Assembly: GCA_951406725.2 (NCBI GenBank)
Contig: OX597818.1
Location: 129,952,001 to 130,016,000, forward strand
Direction: 5' to 3'
Origin: Octopus vulgaris
Taxonomy: Eukaryota
DNA length: 64,000 nucleotides
Shown: positions 55,951 to 64,000 of the stretch, piece after piece
Numbering within the stretch: position 1 is the first letter of the stretch
How the letters are laid out: each line of letters starts with the position of its first letter
Notes under the pieces: model-generated
Told to the model about the DNA's origin: nothing
Databases searched by the model: none
The model's input: only the letters and a program-made list of their open reading frames with translations
Position numbers and translations under genes: made by a program

Positions 55951-56112
55951 TAATTTAGGGTATCTAAAAGATACCACCACGCTTAGATATCCTAAATTAT
56001 AATTTTAATGATAATTAGTACATTTGAAGGTTTTTATTCCCATGCTGGCCACTTGATAAGTTCGATATCTAAATAATGATCTTATCTTTATTTATATAAA
56101 TATATATATATA

Positions 56113-56159
<47 letters not shown>

Positions 56160-56166
56160 ATGTATG

Positions 56167-56197
<31 letters not shown>

Positions 56198-56399
56198 GTA
56201 TGTATGTATGTATATATATATATATATATTAGAAGAAATGAGGTAATCAGAAGATCGGATGGTTTGTATTTACAGATATTTATTTATTTATATATTACAT
56301 TTTTTACATATATATCATATCACTTAGTTCATTAGCACTTTCTCCCATTCTAGTAGGGTTTTCAAATGAAAATATGTATATATATATATATATACATAC

Positions 56400-56464
<65 letters not shown>

Positions 56465-57232
56465 CATACATATATATATATATATACATATACATACATA
56501 TATATATAAATATATATACATACATACATATATTTATATATATTAAAAAAAATTTTTTTTTTGTTTCAGTCAATTGACTGTGGCCGTATGTATGTATGTA
56601 TGTATGTATGTATGTATGTATGTATGTATGTATGTATGTATGTATGTATCTATCTATCTATCTGTATGTGTCCTGGCCATCATCACTTGACAACTTGTGT
56701 TGGTGTGTTCCAATCCTTGTAACTTAGAATAAACATCAGGCTTTAAAAAAAAAAAAGACCTGGGGTCAGTTTGTTTAACTAAAACCCTTCAAAGTGCTGG
56801 TCCACCATAACCAGAGTCAAATGACCAAAACAAGTAAAAGAATAAGAGAATGAAAGTATATACATGTATATAAATACATGCACACACATATATGTATACA
56901 TATACATCTGTGTACACATATATGTGTAAAGGCACATATATCTATATATACACATATATATATGTAATATACATATATATATATATCAATATATACATAT
57001 ATGAACATATATATATATATCCTCATCATTGTCATTTAATGCATGCTCTCCATACTGGCATGGGTCGGACGGTTTGACTGAGGACTGGGAAGCTAGGAGG
57101 CTGTACCAGGATCCATTCTGCTCTGGCAAGGTTTCCACAGCTGGATGCCCTTCCTAACACCAACCACTCTGAGAGTGTAGTGGGTGCTTTTTATGTATAT
57201 GTGTGTGAGTGTGTGTGTGTGTATATATATAT

Positions 57233-57267
<35 letters not shown>

Positions 57268-57459
57268 AATATATATGTATATATATATATATATATGTAC
57301 ATATAAATATATATATATAATTATATATATATATATATATACATACATACACACACACATTCATATATATATATGTACATATAAATATATATATATAATT
57401 ATATATATATATATACATACATACACACACACATTCATATATATATATATGTATATATG

Positions 57460-57491
<32 letters not shown>

Positions 57492-57506
57492 AATACATGT
57501 ACATAT

Positions 57507-57552
<46 letters not shown>

Positions 57553-58524
57553 GAATATATATATATATATATGAATATGTATATATATATAAATTTATGT
57601 CTGAATATATGTATGTACAAATATATATCAATATGAATATACATATACATATCTATATGAATATACATACATATATACATACATATATATATATATATAT
57701 ACATATGAACATATATATACATTTATGTATGAATATATATATATATACAAGCATATATATTTATACATACATATATATGTATATATGCATATATATATAT
57801 ATATATATTCGAATCTATGTATACATACATACATACATGCATATATACACTCACTTATATATAGCTTTATATGTGCCTATTTGTACATGTGTGTGTGTGT
57901 GTATGCATGCACACAGAAACGCACCCACACATCCATATAAACAAATTAACATAGACCTACACACACATGCATTGACACAGACACACCCACACACACACAT
58001 GCATACGCACATATATATAAGTGCGATGATTTACAAACACAGTTTATGTGTATCTTCACCATATACAAACACAATTTTGTTGGTATAACAAGTTAATGAA
58101 CCAAACTATCTTACAGGTATGTATACTAACAGACGTCAAGGTCTGACAAACAAGGCTAACCTCCCTTACTCCAGTGGTGTTGGAGATTTGAAGGCAATAC
58201 CGCACAGCAATGCTGTTAGTCAAGTACTGTACCAATTCTGTTTCTTACACACGGACACAAACAAACAAATTCACACACACACAAATGCAGTACAAGAGAG
58301 AATGAGAAGGAGGTGGAATGATAAAGAGATGGAGACAAAGGGAGAGAAGGATACAGAGGAGGTTGACTTCAAGTCTACTAGTTCTGAATAAAATATGTAC
58401 TTTTATACAAGTGCCATTCGGATGGTGGGTGGCAGTTATAAATCCTGATTTCAACCCTCAGCCAGAATGTGTTAATATATATCTGTATACATATACAATA
58501 ATAATATAGTAAATATAGAATATA

Positions 58525-58693
58525 TATGGGTGTGTGATTAAAATGTTTGCTTTGTAAACATATGGTTTGGGGTTCAGTCCCACTATACAGCACCTTGGGG
58601 AAGTGTCTTCTGCCATAGCCCACTGGTATGTGTGTGTGTGTGTGTGTAAGCATATGTGCATGCATGTGTGTATGTGTGCATGTATGTGTGTAA

Positions 58694-58725
<32 letters not shown>

Positions 58726-59345
58726 GCATATGTGCATGCATGTGCGTATGTGTGTATGTGTGCATGTATGTGTGTAAATGTGTGTGTGTAAATGTGTGTG
58801 TGTGTGTGTAAGCATATGCGCATGCATGTGAGCATGTGTGCATTATGTGTGTAAATGTGTGTGTGGGTATGTGGGTGTAAGCATGTGTGCATGCATGTGA
58901 GTATGTGTGCATGTATGTGTGTAAATGTGTGTGTGTGTGTGTGTGTGTGTAAGCATATGTGCATGCATGTGTGTATGTGTGCATTTATGTGTGTAAATGT
59001 GTGTGTGGGTGTGTGTGTAAGCATGTGTGCATGCATGTGTGTATGTGTGCATGTATGTGTGTAAATGTGTGTGTGTGTGTGTGTGTGTGCATGTGTGTTT
59101 CTATCTTTGTTTGCTCCATCCCTTAATAACCAGTGTTGGTTTGTTTTCATCTCTGTAACTTACTTACCAGTTCAGCAAAAGTGACCAATTGAATAAGTAG
59201 CAGAGTTAAGAAAAAAAAAAAAGAAAAAAAAAACGAACAAGTATTGGCAGGGGTACGGGGCAGGGGTGATTGATTTGCTCAACTAAAACCCTTTGAGGCA
59301 GTGCCCCAGCACAGCCACAGTCCAATGACTGAAACAATTAAAATA
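58525..59345 (+). mobile_element. SINE family A whose internal TG tract has expanded into a complex minisatellite
   Basis: Head at 58525-58622 and tail at 59095-59345. Between them are about 6 units of GTAAGCATATGTGCATGCATGTGTGTATGTGTGCATGTATGTGTGTAAAT(GT)n. Confidence 0.8.
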
Positions 59346-59509
59346 TAATAGACACATACACCCACATGTCTTGTACATACTCAATGTAAGCTGTTAACAA
59401 TAGACAGTGTTATGTTACACAACATTGTTGTGGTTATTGTTTAGCTCCAGTGTAAGAATCATGATCGAAGACAATCTGGGCATGACTACCCTGACTTCTT
59501 TAGGGGTAT

Positions 59510-59929
59510 ATACTCTTACTCTTTTACTCTTTTACTTGTTTCAGTCATTTGACTGCGGCCATGCTGGAGCACCGCCTTTAGTCGAGCAACTCGACCCCGG
59601 GACTTATTCTTTTGTAAGCCCAGTACTTATTCTATCGGTCTCTTTTGCCGAACCGCTAAGTGACGGGGACGTAAATACACCAGCATCGGTTGTCAAGCAA
59701 TGCTAGGGGGACAAACACAGACACACAAACACACGCATATATATATATATACATATACATATATACGACAGGCTTTTTTCAGTTTCCGTCTACCAAATCC
59801 ACTCACAAGGCATTGGTCGGCCCGGGGCTATAGCAGGAGACACTTGCCCAAGATGCTACGCAGTGGGACTGAACCCACAACCATGTGGTTGGTTAGCACG
59901 CTACTTACCACACAGCCACTCCTGCGCCT
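59510..59929 (-). mobile_element. SINE family A, young full-length copy
   Basis: Near-identical to the 31180 copy. Confidence 0.93.
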
Positions 59930-60564
59930 ATCTAGAATTATGCTATCAAATATATCATTTCCTTACTTATAATGATTGGGTGTGATTTGAAGGTGGTTTA
60001 GCTGCTATTTCTAGCAGGTCTTAGTAACCAAATAAAGGCTGATCTGTTGTCTCAAGTTGTTGCCATTTAGCTGCCAGTCAGTTGTGGCTGAGTAGATCTA
60101 TAAGCGAAATCATTGCTGTTGAGGCCATCCTGTCTTTTACCTTCTTGAAGAATCACATATATAAAACAGCATATACATTGTAGAAGTAACCCCTTAGCAT
60201 TTACACTGACCATATCTGGCCAAAATATTCAATCTCTGTGTCCAAAGTAGCTAGATCTGGCCTCTCACACCTACCCTACAATGTCATTCAAAAAAACAAT
60301 ATCACGTTATCAATGTCTCAAAGCTATGAGATAATGCTTGATTAATTCAAAACAATCTGAATGGATAAACATTACATTTGACAATGGATTAAATATCTTT
60401 CAGAAAGATGGGTAAGACTTAAGGGATATTTGGTGACTATTTCTTGCAGGTTTATAACCACCTAGAGTGTTTTTTTTTTTTTCTTATTGCTGATGTAAAC
60501 ATCAGCAGTGCTTGATGAGGCAGTGTTTGTAGTGTTAGGTGATGGTAGTAACCGTGCTGTCTTC

Positions 60565-61291
60565 ACCCCTTAGCATTCAGATTACCCTGTCATGTGTAAT
60601 GCTTGTTTATTCACATTGTTTTGAATTAATCATGCACTATCTTGTAGTTTCAAGATTTCAATGATGTCATCATCATCATCATCATCGTTTAACTATTTCT
60701 TTACTACCCACAAAGGGCTAAACACAGAGAGGACAAACAAGGACAGACAAACAGATTAAGTCGATTATATCGACCCCAGTGCGTAACTGGTACTTAATTT
60801 ATCGACCCCGAAAGGATGAAAGGCAAAGTCGACCTCGGCGGAATTTGAACTCAGAACGTAGCTGCAGACGAAATACCGCTCAGCATTTCGCCCGGCGTGC
60901 TAACGATTCTGCCAATTCGCCAACTCTGCCAATTCGCCAATCATCATCGTTTAACGTCTGCTTTCCATGCTAGCATGGGTTGGACGGTTCAACTGGGGTC
61001 TGGGAAGCCAGAAGGCTGCACTGGGCCCAGTCTGATCTGGCAGTGTTTCTACAGCTGGATGCCCTTCCTAACGCCAACCACTCCGTGAGTGTAGTGGGTG
61101 CTTTTTATGTGCCATTGGCACAGGTTCCAGACGAGGCTGGCAAATGGCCATGATCGGAAGGTGTTTTTTACGTGCCACATTTTAAAATGATACTCGAGGG
61201 TAGGTGTGAGAGGCTGGATCTGGCCAATTTGGACATAAAACAGGTAAAATATTTGGACCAGATATTGTTGGTTTAAATGTTAATGGATTAA
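60565..61291 (+). mobile_element. piggyBac-type MITE 1 interrupted by SINE C, itself interrupted by SINE B
   Basis: MITE halves at 60565-60665 and 61180-61291. SINE B at 60694-60939 is flanked by ATCATCATCGTTTAAC on both sides. SINE C at 60940-61180. Confidence 0.8.
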
Positions 61292-62046
61292 GCCATGGGA
61301 GCAATGAGCAGTTTCTTGGGGGGCTTCATGAGTCTAGGAGCCCAATTGTAATATATTTATGTTGTAATCTGCTGTCAATAAATATATACTATAAAGCCCA
61401 CTGCTTTGCCCAAGGACGTAAAATGTTGTTAAGATGGCCCTGGATGGTAGTGTTAGGTGAGGATGGCGATAGTTGTGGTATGTGTTTGTGTGAGTGTGTG
61501 TGCATTAATAGTGGTTGTGGGTGTTGGATGAGGATGGTCAGTGGTGATAAGTGATGGTGGTGGTGAAGAGCTTAAACTTCCACCTGTGGTTTGATACCTG
61601 ACTACAACCACATAACACATGATATTAACTACACTGGGAAAGGCATGAACATTACTACGCTTTATTTTACCTCCAGTTTAAAAGTCTCTGGTATTACAAT
61701 TATATAGAACAACAGGCCAATGGCATGCACAAAATGGCAGCTAAATCTGCTTTAGAAGACACTCTACTGTTTTAAAGAAAAGGAAGGCTACATTATACGA
61801 TAATGGACTCCCATATCAATTTCAGCACATAGGCATCTAGCTAATTGATGAACTGGACAATCCACTCATTTTATTAGCATATATAGTGGCTGAATATTCC
61901 ACAGACATATGTACTTGTAATGTATATTCTTAATTAGAATCAGCATAACTTAAGTGTGACAAAGTGGAGCTTTGAATTACAAGTAGAGTCCATCTGATGG
62001 GCTTTTATGCAAGTTCTGTCTAACCAAATTCAATCACAAAGCTTAA

Positions 62047-62267
62047 ACTTTTTGATACCAATCTGCCTCAGACCATCTCTAGTTCTGTGATACAAACTTT
62101 CTGTTCGAAAGTGATTTAAAATAACATCTTTCATCAAAATTCCATGTTAATTCATATTCCAAACACCTGCTAAATATTGCTAAAATTCTTTTACTAAATT
62201 CTTCATTACTTCGAAAATTAATTGAAATGAAGACAGTGTTTTTTAAAGAAATACAAAAATAGGAGGG
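62047..62267 (+). mobile_element. piggyBac-type MITE family 2
   Basis: TTAA flanks and GGG terminus; inverted homologue at 62890-63098. Confidence 0.65.
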
Positions 62268-62889
62268 TTAAGTCGACCTAAACTTATACTGGAATAACTT
62301 GTGATTGAACCTGGGACCTCATGGTTGTGAAGTGGATTTCTTAGCAACTCAGCTTTGCCTGCATCCATGATATATTGTATAATGCAGTGTCATCACAGGT
62401 ACACACGCTATGCTTGGAGTAAACAAAGAGAATAAATGACAGAATAGTCAAAGTTGGATCATCTTTCATTAACGAAATATAGTCAAAAATGAACTGACTG
62501 TAAAGGATTTGGTTACATGTTGAATTCCTGAGTCCTGGTTCCATTACCTGGCTTTTCATTGGTGGCCAGGTAATGGAACTTGGCTTTTCATTGGTCCTTT
62601 GGCTACCCTCTGCAGCTCAAGTCCAAGTCTGTTTGCAGAGAATTCAGGTCAGGTCTCTTGAGTGAGGATACCTAATTTCCTTCCTTGTACCTGTCTCGGA
62701 GGCTGTAAAGAAGGTCATAATTGCTGCTTTTACATCTCTGATAAGCTATTGAAAGAAACAAAACAAAAAATCCATAGAAATTTTGAGATGATACCAGTAA
62801 TATAACCAAAAGGGCTGAGTTAATTATATTCTACCCATTTCCAAAAAAAAAAGGAAAAAATGGTGGGTGATGGTTGATTTCAAGCTTAA

Positions 62890-63098
62890 CCCTAAACCCT
62901 TTTGTTGCCACATTTCTTTTCAATTAATTCTAAATATAACAAACAATTTAGTAAAATAACTTAGTTATCATTAAGCTAGTGTTAGGAACATAAATTGTGA
63001 CTAAAGTTTGGTGGAAGAATTTAATTCAGAACTTATGAAAACAAGACATTTGTACTACAGAGCCAGAGGTAGTTTCAGCCAGGTTGGTATTGAAAGGG
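62890..63098 (-). mobile_element. piggyBac-type MITE family 2, inverted copy
   Basis: TTAA-CCC...GGG-TTAA; reverse-complement similarity to 62047-62267. Confidence 0.65.
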
Positions 63099-63102
63099 TT
63101 AA

Positions 63103-63419
63103 AGGATTCAAATTAAATTGTATTATAATTCTTATTTATTGACATTGTTTTGAGTTAATCAGGCATTATCTTATACCTTTGAGATTTTAATTTTTCTTTA
63201 TTCTTTTATTCTTTTACTTGTTTCAGTCATTTGACTGTGGCCATGCTGGAGCACCGCCTTTAGTCGAGCAAATTGACCCCAGGACTTATTCTTTGTAAGC
63301 CTAGTACTTATTCTATCGGTCTCTCTTGCCGAACCGCTAAGTGTTGGGGAGAAAAACACACCAGCATCGGTTGTCAAGCGTTGTTAGGGGGACAAACATA
63401 GAAACACAAACATACACAG

Positions 63420-63450
<31 letters not shown>

Positions 63451-63742
63451 AAGCCTTGAGAGTGGATTTGGTATATATACGACGGTCTTCTTTCAGTTTC
63501 CGTCTACCAAATCCACTCACAAGGGTTTGGTCGGCTCGAGGCTATAGTAGAAGACACTTGCCCATGCAGTGGGACTGAACCCGGAACCAGGTGGTTGGTA
63601 AGCAAACTACTTACCACACAGCCACTTGTATATTTTTTTGAATGACATTGTAGGGTATGTGTGAGAGACCTAATGTGGTTGGTTTGAACATAAAACAGGT
63701 AGAAAATTTTAGTCAAATTTGGCTGGTTTAGATACTAAAAGG
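63103..63742 (+). mobile_element. piggyBac-type MITE 1 interrupted by SINE family A (63195-63627, - strand)
   Basis: Halves match 35816-36034; ends AAAAGG-TTAA. Confidence 0.75.
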
Positions 63743-64000
63743 TTAAGAAATAAGTGTAGAACAAAAGATGGGTATAGAATATGCCTAACTTGCTGAGATC
63801 ATAAGTCTTTGATCATAAGTCTACTCAGTCATGACTGACCCTGGGATAAACAACAGTTTATGACTATATAAATATGTCTATTTTATGCATATATAACAGT
63901 CTGTGTGTATGTGTGAGATAGACGGATAGAGAGGTATGCTTGTGTGTATGTGTGTGTGTGTGATCATGTGTGTGTGTGTATGGAAAGAAATGTGTGTGGA

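Noticed and set aside
58093-58122. Possible 24-nt exon ending CAG|GTATGT
   Set aside because: The donor is good but the acceptor is weak (AAG, poor pyrimidine tract); insufficient support.
58627-59095. Regularly spaced repeats superficially like a CRISPR array
   Set aside because: The spacers are (GT)n rather than unique sequence, the context is eukaryotic, and there are no cas genes.

Overview
AT-rich, microsatellite-saturated eukaryotic DNA. The SINE families and (TA)n/(CA)n density strongly suggest an octopus (coleoid cephalopod) genome; this is inferred, not proven. There is no intact protein-coding ORF, and almost all listed ORFs are translations of (TA)n/(TG)n repeats or SINE bodies. 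Recognisable content: three abundant SINE-like families plus a fourth tRNA-headed SINE, a full-length but decayed Tc1 transposon (41316-42583), an internally deleted mariner (32102-32874), TTAA-flanked piggyBac-type MITEs, 3' fragments of CR1/L2-like and RTE-like LINEs, and a Penelope-like element (PLE) remnant at 1-1010. Splice signals suggest the 5' end of a large + strand gene: a non-coding exon at ~5516-5692, an exon at 11772-12523 and a possible 15-nt microexon at 35567-35581. Most of the window would then be intronic. The most interesting pattern is a set of about ten short, often palindromic elements, most inserted in (TA)n tracts, that carry intact or decayed minimal hammerhead-ribozyme cores, consistent with non-autonomous PLE derivatives. 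Several inverted repeat pairs could form dsRNA substrates for ADAR. Coordinates of diverged repeats are approximate, and all calls were made by eye.
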